From contig OZ243916.1 of assembly GCA_965213675.1 (NCBI GenBank), forward strand, positions 3,360,001 through 3,424,000: a DNA stretch of 64,000 nucleotides, read 5' to 3'. The translations under genes and the position numbers were made by a program. Positions 1 through 9,631 of the stretch are shown here, piece by piece. The stretch is from an uncultured Candidatus Binatia bacterium. Lineage in GTDB: Bacteria; Desulfobacterota; Binatia; UBA9968; JAJDTQ01. The first letter of the stretch is position 1; every line of letters starts with the position of its first letter. The notes under the pieces are model-generated. The model was not told where the DNA came from. It searched no databases and saw nothing but the letters and a program-made list of their open reading frames with translations.

Positions 1-19
1 AGCCCGCGACCCGGGCCGA

Positions 20-1312
20 GTGCTGATGCCGCCGTCGCGTCACACCCAACGCCCCCGCGGCGCGCGGGTCTGGCGCCCGCTCGACGCAACCTGTCGTGGC
101 GGTGTAGCCGAAGGGGTGGCGCCCGGCATGGTGATTCTGGTGGGCCACAGCCGGGAAATCCTTTTTCACCGTGCCTACGGCTTTCGCACGCTGCTTCCCA
201 TGCGGCTGCCGATGCTGCCCGATACCGTTTTCGACCTGGCGTCCCTCACCAAACCCATCGCCACCACCACCGCCATGATGCTGCTGGCGCGGGACGGGCG
301 GATCGGCCTTGACGACCCCGTGAGCGCCGTCCTCCCCGAGTTCAGCGAAGGACTCAAGGCCGCGGTGACGTTCCGCCAGCTTCTGAACCACACGTCGGGC
401 CTCCCCGCGTGGAAACCGTATTTCGAGTATTCAGCGGATGCCCCAGCCACTCCGGAACGTCGTTCCCGCGAGACCCTGTCCCCGACCCGGAGCGGGGGCG
501 GGAATGACCGAGAAGCAGGCCGTACGGACAGAGGAGTCAGGAGCCACGACGGAGGAGCAGGCGGGTACGACGGAGAAGGGTGTCGCAGGGAGGATGCGGA
601 TGGTGGGCGCATTCTCAAGGGCGTGCTTGAAGAGCCGCTGGTAGCGGCGCCGGGGGAGAAGGCCGCTTACAGCGACCTCGGATTCATCCTCCTGGGAGAG
701 GCCATTGAGCGTTTGTCCGGCAAGTCGCTGGAACGATTTTGCCGCGACGAGATATTCGTCCCCTTGGGGCTTTCGTCGACATTCTTTGCAGACCTGAGCC
801 TTCCTTCGTGTGGGCCGCCGCTCGCTTCCATCCATACCCTGGCGGCCACCGAGGACTGTTCATGGCGCGGCCGGATCCTTTGCGGAGAAGTCCACGACGA
901 GAACGCGTTTGCCATGGGTGGCGTTGCCGGACACGCCGGACTTTTTTCGTCGGCCCCCGACCTGCACCGTTTCCTGTGCCATCTTGCGCGCAGCAGCGCG
1001 GGCGGCGCGCCGGACTTTCTGCCCGGGGTCGTGGTGCGCGAGTTTCTGGAGGCCCGGAGGACTCTTCCCGGGCTGACTCACGTGCTTGGATGGGACACGC
1101 CGTCACCGCAAGATTCGTCCAGCGGGAAGCGCTTCTCGGCCCGGACCGTTGGCCACCTGGGCTTCACCGGCGCCTCCATCTGGTGGGACATGGAGCGCGA
1201 CTTGCACGTCGTGCTGCTGACCAACCGGGTGCATCCGTCCCGTGACAACCACGCCATCCGCGAGTTCCGCCCGCGCGTGCATGACGCCGCCATGGAGGCG
1301 CTGTTCCCATGA
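20..1312 (+). CDS. Serine hydrolase, beta-lactamase class C/AmpC-like family
   Basis: FDLASLTK (SxxK), YSDLGF, VHDENA, GHAGLF and GHLGFTG motifs. Start uncertain. Contains a low-complexity internal insertion. Confidence 0.85.
   Translation: MLMPPSRHTQRPRGARVWRPLDATCRGGVAEGVAPGMVILVGHSREILFHRAYGFRTLLPMRLPMLPDTVFDLASLTKPIATTTAMMLLARDGRIGLDDPVSAVLPEFSEGLKAAVTFRQLLNHTSGLPAWKPYFEYSADAPATPERRSRETLSPTRSGGGNDREAGRTDRGVRSHDGGAGGYDGEGCRREDADGGRILKGVLEEPLVAAPGEKAAYSDLGFILLGEAIERLSGKSLERFCRDEIFVPLGLSSTFFADLSLPSCGPPLASIHTLAATEDCSWRGRILCGEVHDENAFAMGGVAGHAGLFSSAPDLHRFLCHLARSSAGGAPDFLPGVVVREFLEARRTLPGLTHVLGWDTPSPQDSSSGKRFSARTVGHLGFTGASIWWDMERDLHVVLLTNRVHPSRDNHAIREFRPRVHDAAMEALFP
459..508. repeat. REP/RPE-like palindromic element inside the CDS
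   Basis: gtcgttcccgc...gcgggaatgac inverted ends. The reverse complement closely matches 29379-29428. Confidence 0.65.
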
Positions 1313-2739
1313 TGCCGCACCTGAACCCCGGAGCGCACGTTCACTTCATCGCGGTCTGCGGCGTGGGCACGGGTTCCCTCGCCGGCATGCTCAAGCAACA
1401 GGGCTACCGCGTCACCGGCTCGGATGAGAACGTCTACCCGCCCATGAGCACCTTCCTGGAAAGCATGGGCATCGACATTCTGCCGGGGTTCAGCGAAGCT
1501 CATGTCGCCGCGTGGCCCGATCTGGTGGTCATCGGCAACGTGGTGTCGCGTGGCAACCCCGAAGCCGAGGCGGTGTTGCGCCAGCGCATTCCCTACGTGT
1601 CCCTGCCCCAGGCCCTGGGCCGTTTCCTCATCGACGGCAAGCGCTCCGTGGTGGTGGCAGGCACCCACGGCAAGACCACCACCACCTCGTTGATGTCCTG
1701 GGTGCTGGCGGCCGCCGGGCTGGACCCGAGTTTCTTCATCGGCGGGATCCCGTTGAACTTCGCCAGCGGTTTCCGCTCCGGCGCGGGCCCCTGGGTCGTG
1801 TTGGAGGGGGATGAGTACGACAGTGCGTTCTTCGACAAGGGGCCCAAGTTTCTGCACTACCAGCCGGAACGGGTGATCCTCACGAGCCTGGAGTTCGATC
1901 ACGCGGACATCTACCGTGACCTTGAGCACGTGAAGGACGCCTTTCGCCGCCTGGTGGCAATCATCCCCGCGGGCGGCCGCCTGTGGGTGTGCGACGATGC
2001 CGTCCATGCCCGGGACATCCTCCGCGGCGCGGCCTGCCCGGTCACGTCCTATGGTCTGGGCGGGGGAGCCGACTGGCAGGCGCGCGACGTACGCGCGTCA
2101 CAGGGCCGCACGTTCTTCACGCCCTGCTACCGGGGCGCGGCTGAAGATCGGGTCGAGTTGCCGCTGATCGGGCGGCATAATGCCAAGAACGCCCTGGCGG
2201 TCTACGCCATCGCGCGGGAGATCGGTTTGAGCGCGTCCGATGTCCGCGGCGCGCTGGCGGCCTTCCGCGGGGTGCGGCGAAGACAGGAAATCATCGGCGA
2301 GGCAGCCGGCGTTCTGGTCATCGACGACTTCGCACACCACCCGACGGCGGTGGCGGACACCGTGGCGGCGGTGCGGGAAGCCTGGCCGGGACGCCGGCTC
2401 TGGGCCGTGTTCGAGCCCCGTAGCCAGACCAGCCGGCGCCGCGTTTTCCTGGAAGAGTTCGCCGCGGCGCTGGGTCGGGCCGACCGCGTCATCCTGCCCG
2501 ATCTCTACCATCCGGAGAAGATTCCCGAGGACCAACGGCTCTCTCCCGCGGAACTGGTGGAACGCATCAACCGGCGCCGGAACGGTGGCGTGGCCGGCTA
2601 CCTGCCCGGCGTCGACGACATCGCCGGCCTCGTGATCCAGGAAGCCGCCGCCGGCGACATCGTCCTGGTGATGTCCAACGGCAGCTTCGGGGACCTGCCC
2701 GCCAGGATCGTGGCGGGGCTCCGCCGGAGAGAATCTTGA
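1309..2739 (+). CDS. mpl: UDP-MurNAc:L-Ala-gamma-D-Glu-mDAP ligase (murein peptide ligase)
   Basis: GSDENVYPPMS, GTHGKTTT, EGDEYDSAFFDK, EFDHADIY, DDFAHHPTA, FEPRS and MSNG motifs. Confidence 0.9.
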   Translation: MMPHLNPGAHVHFIAVCGVGTGSLAGMLKQQGYRVTGSDENVYPPMSTFLESMGIDILPGFSEAHVAAWPDLVVIGNVVSRGNPEAEAVLRQRIPYVSLPQALGRFLIDGKRSVVVAGTHGKTTTTSLMSWVLAAAGLDPSFFIGGIPLNFASGFRSGAGPWVVLEGDEYDSAFFDKGPKFLHYQPERVILTSLEFDHADIYRDLEHVKDAFRRLVAIIPAGGRLWVCDDAVHARDILRGAACPVTSYGLGGGADWQARDVRASQGRTFFTPCYRGAAEDRVELPLIGRHNAKNALAVYAIAREIGLSASDVRGALAAFRGVRRRQEIIGEAAGVLVIDDFAHHPTAVADTVAAVREAWPGRRLWAVFEPRSQTSRRRVFLEEFAAALGRADRVILPDLYHPEKIPEDQRLSPAELVERINRRRNGGVAGYLPGVDDIAGLVIQEAAAGDIVLVMSNGSFGDLPARIVAGLRRRES

Positions 2740-3155
2740 CTTGGAGGCAGCCGGTGACTAGACTGCCTTTTGTGGACACTCAAGAACAGACACCGCAGCG
2801 GGCTCTTTCGCCACAGGCGCTTCCCCAGGAGGCGCTTCGGTTGACCGCGTCCGCCGTCGCGCACGTGAAGAAGATCCGCGGGCGCGAGCGCATGGAAAGG
2901 CGCGGCCTACGGGTCTCCGTCACTCAGGGCGGCTGCTCCGGCTACTCCTACAAGCTCGACTTCGACGACGGCCCCAAGCCCGACGACATGGTGCTCGAGT
3001 TGGACGGCCTCCAGGTCTACGTGGAAAAGCCCCTCCTGAATCAGCTCCAAGGGACGGTCATCGACTACGTGAGCGAACTTCAGGGGTCGAGCTTCCGTTT
3101 CACAAACCCCAAGGCCACGGGCACCTGCGGGTGCGGCACTTCCTTTTCGGCCTGA
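2736..3155 (+). CDS. A-type Fe-S cluster carrier (IscA/ErpA/HesB)
   Basis: GGCSGYSY and C-terminal CGCGTSF. The true start may lie further downstream. Confidence 0.9.
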   Translation: MTWRQPVTRLPFVDTQEQTPQRALSPQALPQEALRLTASAVAHVKKIRGRERMERRGLRVSVTQGGCSGYSYKLDFDDGPKPDDMVLELDGLQVYVEKPLLNQLQGTVIDYVSELQGSSFRFTNPKATGTCGCGTSFSA

Positions 3156-3207
3156 CCGCTAGCGGCATCTCCGGCGGCGGGCGCAGCACTCTTCCGAGGC
3201 ACACTCC

Positions 3208-4242
3208 TTGAAAGCGGTCCGGATTCACGAGCACGGCGGCGCCGACAAGCTGCGCTACGAGGACGCGCCGGATCCGGTCTTGCGCTCGCCACGGGACGTG
3301 ATCGTGCGCCTGCGAGCGGCGTCCCTGAACCACATCGACCTGTGGAACCGCAAGGGACTCACCGGGATGAAGGTGGAGTTTCCGCATATTCTCGGCGCCG
3401 ACGGGGCCGGCGTGGTGGAGGAGGTGGGAAGCGCGGTCACCCACACACGCAAGGGCGACGCGGTCTGTCTCTATCCTCCGGTGGGGTGCGGCGCCTGCGA
3501 CTTCTGTCACACCGACCGGGACTTCATGTGTGTGCGCCTGCGCGTTATCGGCGAGGGCATGAAGGGGTCGTACGCGGAATACGTGGCAATTCCCGGCGAC
3601 AACTGCTTTCCGATTCCCGAAGGCTACGGGTTCGAGGAGGCCGCGGCCTTTCCACTGGTATTCGTGACGGTGTGGCGCATGCTCGTGACCAACGCGCGTC
3701 TCGTACCCGGAGAGAAGGTGCTGATCCTGGGCATCGGCGGCGGCGTGGCCCTGGCCGCCCTGCAGATCGCCAAGGCCATGAACGCCTGGGTGGCGGTGAC
3801 CTCGAGCAGCGACGAGAAGCTCGCGCGCGCCCGCAGCCTGGGGGCCGACTACGGCTTGAACTATACCCAGTGTGATTTCACCCGTGAGATCCGCAACGTC
3901 ACTGGCAAGCGGGGCGTGGACGTGGTGGTGGATTGCGTGGGGGGCGACAGTTGGGCCAAGAGCCTCGCTTCCCTCGTCAAGGGAGGACGCCTCGTCACCT
4001 GCGGCGCCACCACCGGCGCCACCCCACCCACGGACATCCGCCGGATCTTCTGGAACCACCTGCGCGTCTTCGGATCCACCCTGGGAAGCCGTGAAGAGTT
4101 CGAGCAGGTGCTGCGCTTCCTCGAAGCGGCGAAGATCGAGCCGGTCATCGACCGGAGTTTCCCACTGGCCGAGGCGGCCGAGGCCCAGACCCGGCTGGAA
4201 GACGGACGGCAGTTCGGCAAGATCATCCTGTTGCCAGAGTAG
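3208..4242 (+). CDS. Zn-binding alcohol dehydrogenase / quinone oxidoreductase (MDR family)
   Basis: LNHID, PHILGADGAG, CGACDFC..C Zn site, GIGGGV and GKIIL. Confidence 0.9.
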   Translation: MKAVRIHEHGGADKLRYEDAPDPVLRSPRDVIVRLRAASLNHIDLWNRKGLTGMKVEFPHILGADGAGVVEEVGSAVTHTRKGDAVCLYPPVGCGACDFCHTDRDFMCVRLRVIGEGMKGSYAEYVAIPGDNCFPIPEGYGFEEAAAFPLVFVTVWRMLVTNARLVPGEKVLILGIGGGVALAALQIAKAMNAWVAVTSSSDEKLARARSLGADYGLNYTQCDFTREIRNVTGKRGVDVVVDCVGGDSWAKSLASLVKGGRLVTCGATTGATPPTDIRRIFWNHLRVFGSTLGSREEFEQVLRFLEAAKIEPVIDRSFPLAEAAEAQTRLEDGRQFGKIILLPE

Positions 4243-4427
4243 CCCCTCATGCGGACCGTTGGCAGGCCCGGTGGTGCGTTCGCGCGGTTGCGTAGGATAG
4301 GGGCGACTGGCGGTGGCCTTCGCATCGGGGCGCGATCATTCGCCGGGTTGCATTGTCTGGATGCGACCCGCGGTCGCCCTTGTGTTGGCGGGCCGTGTCG
4401 ACAGGGTGTGACGGGATCATACCCGAC

Positions 4428-4988
4428 ATGCGCATCATTGGTGGCAACGCGCGTGGAAGAAGAATCCACGCGCCCAAGGGCAACGCCATCCGGCCCACCG
4501 CCGACCGGGTGCGGGAGGCGCTGTTCAACATGCTCCCGCGGGATCTTGCCGGGAAGCGGGTTCTGGACCTCTTCGCCGGCAGCGGCAGCCTGTCCCTGGA
4601 GGCTCTCAGCCGGGGGGCCGAGTCCGCGCTCTTGGTGGACGCATCGCCGGCGGCGGCAAGGCTGGTCCGCCGCAACCTGGATGTGCTGGGCTTCACGGAT
4701 CGGGCACGGGTATGGGTCCATCCGGCGCGGCATGCGGTGAACCGGCTGGGGCAGGAGGGGACGGCCTTTGACGTCATCTTCCTCGACCCTCCGTACGACG
4801 GCGAATGGGTGGGAAAGACTCTGGCCGCCATCGGGACGGCCGGCACGCTCCAGGCAGAAGGCCTCGCCGTGGTCGAACACAGCCCGCGGGAGAGAGTCGA
4901 AGAGCGATACGGTCCCCTGGCGCGCCGCGACCGCCGGCAATATGGCGATACGGTGCTCTCCTTCTACATGCTCCACGATCAGAGATAG
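4428..4988 (+). CDS. rsmD: 16S rRNA m2G966 methyltransferase
   Basis: MRIIGG, RPTADRVREALF, LDLFAGSG, EALSRGA and DPPY. Adjacent to coaD. Confidence 0.95.
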   Translation: MRIIGGNARGRRIHAPKGNAIRPTADRVREALFNMLPRDLAGKRVLDLFAGSGSLSLEALSRGAESALLVDASPAAARLVRRNLDVLGFTDRARVWVHPARHAVNRLGQEGTAFDVIFLDPPYDGEWVGKTLAAIGTAGTLQAEGLAVVEHSPRERVEERYGPLARRDRRQYGDTVLSFYMLHDQR

Positions 4989-4997
4989 GTTCTTCAC

Positions 4998-5504
4998 ATG
5001 GCGGAAACCAGCATAGCGGTCTACCCGGGGTCCTTCGACCCCATCACCAACGGCCACATCGATCTGGTGCGGCGGACGCTCCGGATCTTCGATCAGGTGA
5101 TCATCGCCATCGCGTACAACCAGGAAAAGGGGGGCGCCCTCTTCTCGGTGCAGGAACGCATGGTCACCGTGCGCAAGGTCTTCGAGTCCGAGGAGCGCGT
5201 GTGCGTGGACAGCTTCCAGGGGCTGCTCGTGGATTACGCGGAGGCGGTGTCGGCCAAGGTGGTCATCCGGGGGTTGCGGGCCGTGTCCGACTTCGAATAC
5301 GAGTTTCAGATGGCCACCATGAACCGCCGGCTGAAGCCGGAAATCGAGACCTTCTTCATGATGACCAGCGAGTCGTCCTTCTACATCAGCTCGCGGCTGG
5401 TGAAGGAGGTAGCCGGCCTCGGCGGCGACGTTGCCGCGTTCGTCCCGGAGGTCGTGCTCAATCAGCTCCTGGAGAAGTTTCCTCAGTCCTCACGCGGTTC
5501 GTGA
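4998..5504 (+). CDS. coaD: Pantetheine-phosphate adenylyltransferase
   Basis: YPGSFDPITNGH, RGLRAVSDFEYE and ISSRLVKE. Confidence 0.97.
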   Translation: MAETSIAVYPGSFDPITNGHIDLVRRTLRIFDQVIIAIAYNQEKGGALFSVQERMVTVRKVFESEERVCVDSFQGLLVDYAEAVSAKVVIRGLRAVSDFEYEFQMATMNRRLKPEIETFFMMTSESSFYISSRLVKEVAGLGGDVAAFVPEVVLNQLLEKFPQSSRGS

Positions 5505-5526
5505 AGCGCCAACGCGCGTCACGCGG

Positions 5527-5555
5527 TTGACACCACCGCACCCACCCGCTACAAA
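5527..5555 (+). promoter_or_regulatory. Sigma70 promoter of the tRNA
   Basis: TTGACA, 17-nt spacer, TACAAA, ending 6 nt before the tRNA. Confidence 0.7.
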
Positions 5556-5561
5556 CACTCC

Positions 5562-5638
5562 TGCGGGGTGGAGCAGCCCGGTAGCTCGCAAGGCTCATAA
5601 CCTTGAGGTCGGTGGTTCAAATCCACCCCCCGCATCCA
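5562..5638 (+). tRNA. tRNA-Met(CAT), initiator-like
   Basis: 77-nt cloverleaf tgcggggtggagcagcccggtagctcg..ctCATaa..ggttcaaatcc..cca. The D-arm is typical of tRNA-fMet. Confidence 0.92.
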
Positions 5639-5640
5639 TT

Positions 5641-5682
5641 CAATCCCCTAAAAACATTAAAGTTTTTGGGGGATTGTTGTTT
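5641..5682 (+). terminator. Hairpin, probable intrinsic terminator
   Basis: caatcccctaaaaac-attaaa-gtttttgggggattg followed by a T-rich tail. Confidence 0.6.
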
Positions 5683-5705
5683 CTGGGTTAGCAACCAAAA
5701 AGAGA

Positions 5706-5727
5706 ATGTCAACACCATGTCAACACC
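5706..5727. repeat. 11-bp tandem repeat, possible integrase arm-type site
   Basis: atgtcaacacc twice, ~70 nt downstream of the tRNA. Confidence 0.4.
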
Positions 5728-5843
5728 GTGGCAGGCATGTGACGTAGCCGCCTGTTTGGGGCGATCATTCGAAAGTAAAAAAAGATCTTTTCACGCAAGT
5801 GGAGATCGTCTCCCGCGGAGGTGCTGCCGTGTTGGTGCAAGGG

Positions 5844-5895
5844 TGTCAATGTCAGCCGAAAATGTCCCATTTGTGTCAATCGAAAATGTCCCACT
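5844..5895. mobile_element. IS21-family terminal repeat (element A, one end)
   Basis: TGTCAATG start with tandem cgaaaatgtccca boxes. An inverted copy lies at 13252-13285. Confidence 0.75.
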
Positions 5896-5979
5896 TCTGA
5901 TGAGGGGTGCGGTTCAGGACAGACGCGCTCCGGTTGGGTCCGCCGCTGGGTGAGGGGGTGGACGGAGGGTTACGCCGCG

Positions 5980-6414
5980 GACTGGTAGATGGCCTGTAGC
6001 CCCATCAAGCGCATCATACGCCGCACCCGGTGACGACCTACACAGACGCCTTCCCGCCACAGATGGCGGACCATCTGGCAGCTGCCGTAGAAGGGGTACT
6101 CCAGGAACAGCTCCCCGATCTTCGCGTGCAGGTCCCGAATCTCCCCCTCGTGGTCGCCCCTCGTCCGCTCCGTCCCCTTCGTGAAGACCTCCTTCATCCC
6201 CTCCACCGCCCGCTGCTTCCACGTGCTCACCTGGTTCGGATGAACCTTGTGCCGCACAGCGATCTCCTGGATCGTCTTGTCCCCGCGCAGCGCCTCCAGC
6301 GCCACTTTCGCCTTGAACTCCCCGCTGAACCGTCGTCTCGTGCTCATTGCGTATCCCTCCCCAAGTCGGTGGAATACACCTTGGCTACCTGTCCGTTTTT
6401 CCGGGACCACCTCA
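5980..6414 (-). pseudogene. IS3-family remnant (left IR, OrfA and internally deleted OrfB)
   Basis: IR tgaggtggtcccggaaaaacggaca. MSTRRRFSGEFKAKVALEAL..HPNQVSTWK is joined to PFYGS..VRRMMRLMGL. No DDE domain. Confidence 0.85.
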
Positions 6415-6548
6415 CCTGAAGGCGTCAGGTGTCCAGCGCCTTCGCCACATGGATATTTTGAAGTTATCTCTATTGCATGGTTATTATCCATGTATGGACG
6501 CTTTCAATGAAACATCACCTTGGTTTGTTTCGAAACTGTGCTATTTTA

Positions 6549-7391
6549 ATGGTAATGCGCCATCAAAGAACGCCACGTCTGAAACCACTCCTGGATGCGG
6601 TCCCCCCCGGCTTCATGGTGGACACGCGGTGGCTCAGGGCCCAGGGCATCGACCCCAAGTCCATCCACGACTATGTCGCCCGCGGATGGCTTGAGCGGGT
6701 TGTCCGCGGGGTCTACCGCCGTCCGCTGCCGGAAGGCGCACGGGGCGCCTACGGAGAATCCTGGGAAATCCCCCTTCTCTCCCTGCAATGGCTCATGAAG
6801 TACGCCGTGCATCTGGGCGGAGAGAGCGCCCTCGACGTGCTCGGCTACGCGCATTACCTGAGACTCGGAGAAAAGCCCCGCGTTTGGTTCTACGGCGAGG
6901 CGCCGTCCTGGATCAAGCGGCTGCCGATCGGGACGCAGATCGTGATGCGCCGGCGCACGCTCTTCGGCGACGACCCGCTGGGCATCGAGGATGCCGGTTC
7001 CGGGGCGGACGGACCGGCGGTCGGCGTGTGGCGCTGGCCTCTCAAGGCGTCGTCTCCGGAGCGAGCCGTCCTGGAGGCCCTTGACGAGCTGCCGCGGCGC
7101 GCCGGCTTCGAGAACCTGGACAAGGTATTCGAGGGGCTGGCGTCGCTCCGGCCCGGGCGGCTCATGGCGCTTCTGACGGCTTGCCGCAGCGTAAAGGTGC
7201 GCAGGCTGTTCTTTGTCTTCGCGGACAGGCACGGGCACGAATGGCGCAAGCACCTGGACGCATCGAGGATCGACTTCGGGTCGGGACCGCGGGCCTTGGT
7301 GGAGGGCGGCAGGCTTCACCCGGACTACCGCATCTACGTGCCCCGGGCACTGGCGCGCGGGAAACCTGCGGCGGCGGACGGCAATGCTTGA
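6549..7391 (+). CDS. Type IV TA antitoxin, AbiEi family
   Basis: N-terminal wHTH (GWLERVVRGVY), HLGGESAL, SSPERAVLE and CRSVKVRRLF. Overlaps the AbiEii gene. Confidence 0.88.
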   Translation: MVMRHQRTPRLKPLLDAVPPGFMVDTRWLRAQGIDPKSIHDYVARGWLERVVRGVYRRPLPEGARGAYGESWEIPLLSLQWLMKYAVHLGGESALDVLGYAHYLRLGEKPRVWFYGEAPSWIKRLPIGTQIVMRRRTLFGDDPLGIEDAGSGADGPAVGVWRWPLKASSPERAVLEALDELPRRAGFENLDKVFEGLASLRPGRLMALLTACRSVKVRRLFFVFADRHGHEWRKHLDASRIDFGSGPRALVEGGRLHPDYRIYVPRALARGKPAAADGNA

Positions 7392-8298
7392 CCGGTACGT
7401 GGCGCAGGTACGCCTGCTGCTGAGCGTGCTGCCGGACATTGCGGGGGAGACCGCGTTCGCGCTCAAGGGCGGCACCGCCATCAACCTGTTCCACAGGGAC
7501 ATGCCGAGGCTGTCCGTAGACGTCGACCTGACCTACCTGCCGGTCGCGGACCGCCGGTCGTCGCTTGAAGCAATCGACAGTACGCTCGACCGCATCGCGG
7601 CGGCGGTAACCGCCCGCAATCCGCGGCTCAGGGCGCGCCGCATCGCGGGCGGCGGGGACATCGGCACGCGCATCATGGTGAGCGATGGCCGCGCGCGGAT
7701 AAAGATCGAGACCTCCCCGGTGACGCGAGGGGCGGTGCATCCGGCAAGGCCGATGACCGTGTGCGAGAGAGTCACGGAGCAATTCGGATTCGCCGAAGCG
7801 AACGTGCTGGCCTTCGAGGACCTGTACGGCGGGAAGCTCCATGCGGCGCTCGACCGCCAGCATCCGCGCGACATCTTCGACGTCAGGCTCCTGTACGACA
7901 ACGAAGGCATGACGGACGGCCTCTTCCGCACGTTCATGGTCTATTTGGCGAGCTCGAACCGTCCGATGCATGAGCTCCTGGCGCCGGCGGCGCTTCCCGG
8001 AGAGGATCTGTACTACGAAGAGTTCGCCGGGATGACGCGCGAGGCGGTATCCAGGGATGAACTGGCCGACGCGCGAGGCCGTCTGCACGCCGACATCGCA
8101 TCGCGGTTGAAGGGCGACATCGCGGCGTTCCTGCTCTCCCTCCACGATGCGGAGCCCGACTTTGGCCTGATCGGCTTGCCCGAGGCCGTGAACCTGCCGG
8201 CCGTGCGCTGGAAATTGGTGAACCTGGAGAAGCTCAAGCGGGAAAATCCGTACAAGCACGCGGTGGAGCGCGAAGCGCTCGAAAACCTCTTCCGGTAA
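7384..8298 (+). CDS. AbiEii/AbiGii nucleotidyltransferase toxin
   Basis: ALKGGTAINLF, RLSVDVDL and KLHAALDRQHPRDIFD. Confidence 0.92.
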   Translation: MLDRYVAQVRLLLSVLPDIAGETAFALKGGTAINLFHRDMPRLSVDVDLTYLPVADRRSSLEAIDSTLDRIAAAVTARNPRLRARRIAGGGDIGTRIMVSDGRARIKIETSPVTRGAVHPARPMTVCERVTEQFGFAEANVLAFEDLYGGKLHAALDRQHPRDIFDVRLLYDNEGMTDGLFRTFMVYLASSNRPMHELLAPAALPGEDLYYEEFAGMTREAVSRDELADARGRLHADIASRLKGDIAAFLLSLHDAEPDFGLIGLPEAVNLPAVRWKLVNLEKLKRENPYKHAVEREALENLFR

Positions 8299-8680
8299 CG
8301 ACGAAGCCCGTTTGACAAAGTTCATGAGTGGCGGTCAAGTGGAGAAATGATCAAGTCTTCGATCGCGTTCTCCAAGTCCCGCAGGACCTTGATCGCGTCG
8401 CTGGAAGGTGACGCGCGTAGAGGATAGAGGATCGGATTAGCGAGGCCCGCAACGAAAACCCGTGGCGACAGGCTAAAGAAACCGCTGGTGGCGGAGACTG
8501 TGCGTGAGAAACGTATGACTTCTGTCAATGGCAATCGAAAACTGCACACTTTCGAGAAGAGCGTCAGTGCAGAAGTGACGCTCTGCGGTTGGTTCGGTTC
8601 ATGCGTCATAGTCTGGACGGAGGGAGCGGAGCGAGCGGAGTCCAGGCCATGACGGGTAGCAGATCGGGAGGACATGGCGC

Positions 8681-9142
8681 TCACAAGACGCCTCCCTGGC
8701 GAGGCTGCTGGTCGGCTGACCGCATGAGGTTGCGGTGTTCGCGCATCCGGTAGCTGTTCCCGCGGATGTTGACGATGTGGCAGTGGTGCAGGAGCCGGTC
8801 GATGAGGGCAGCAGCCATGACCTCGTCGCCGAGGACGCTGCCCCAGTCCTCGAAGCCCTTGTTGGAGGTGAGCACGGTGGAGGCGCGTTCGTGCCTGGCG
8901 TTGATGAGCTGGAAGAAGAGCACGGCGCCGTCCTGAGTGACGGGCAGGTAGCCGATCTCGTCCACCACGAGCAAGGCGGGATAGGTAAGGACCCGCAGCC
9001 GGCGGGAGAGCTCGCCTGCGGCCTTGGCCTCCAGCAGCGACTCGATCAGTCCGGCCAAGGTTCCGTAGTAGACGCGGTGGCCGGATTCGGCGGCGGCGAC
9101 GGCCAGGCTGATAGCAAGATGAGTCTTGCCGACCCCGGGCGG
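8681..9142 (-). pseudogene. istB: istB 3' part
   Basis: PGVGKTHLA, LLVVDEIGY, TSNK, DRLLHH and GNSYR. Confidence 0.9.
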
Positions 9143-9150
9143 ACCCGCCA

Positions 9151-9627
9151 CATATTGCCCGTTATCACGGTCGCGAGATAACCATTCGTTACCCGTTCCA
9201 TCCTCGTGCTGGCGAGACGATGGCGGTCATCCGGCGCCACCGGTTCCGTGGCATGAGCGTCTTCGTTGTCAGGCAGCCCGACGGAACGCTGGCGCAGATC
9301 CCTGCATGGATGTGCGCCACGGAGGCGGGCGCGATGTCGGTGACGAAGTCCCCACGCCTTCCAGTGGCCGAACTGCACACGCTTCGCATTACCGTCGACG
9401 CCCTTCTATCATCGCTCTCCAAACCCCCCAACGAAGGAGAGCCACATGGGCAAGAACGGGATTCGTCGTCAGAGAGATCTGCTGAAGCTGTTGGAGCCAG
9501 GGCCGGTGCTCGCACCGGAGTTGCTCAAGTCGGTCGTGCCGCTGCTGGCGACACTGCTGCTGCAAGCGGTGGAAGCCGAGGCGCAAAGCGCCGCGGAAAC
9601 GGTGACGGTGGAGGGAGCGAGCAATGA
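9151..9627 (+). CDS. Small accessory protein of the recombinase element (Y4bD/DUF5372-like), 5' end split by integration
   Basis: The IRYPFHP..G and PDGT..IPAWM motifs begin upstream of the first ATG (9220). Confidence 0.55.
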   Translation, partial: HIARYHGREITIRYPFHPRAGETMAVIRRHRFRGMSVFVVRQPDGTLAQIPAWMCATEAGAMSVTKSPRLPVAELHTLRITVDALLSSLSKPPNEGEPHGQERDSSSERSAEAVGARAGARTGVAQVGRAAAGDTAAASGGSRGAKRRGNGDGGGSEQ

Positions 9628-9631
9628 GTAA
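9446..9631 (+). CDS. Small hypothetical protein of the recombinase element
   Basis: AGGAG RBS before the ATG. The stop overlaps the recombinase start. Confidence 0.45.
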   Translation: MGKNGIRRQRDLLKLLEPGPVLAPELLKSVVPLLATLLLQAVEAEAQSAAETVTVEGASNE

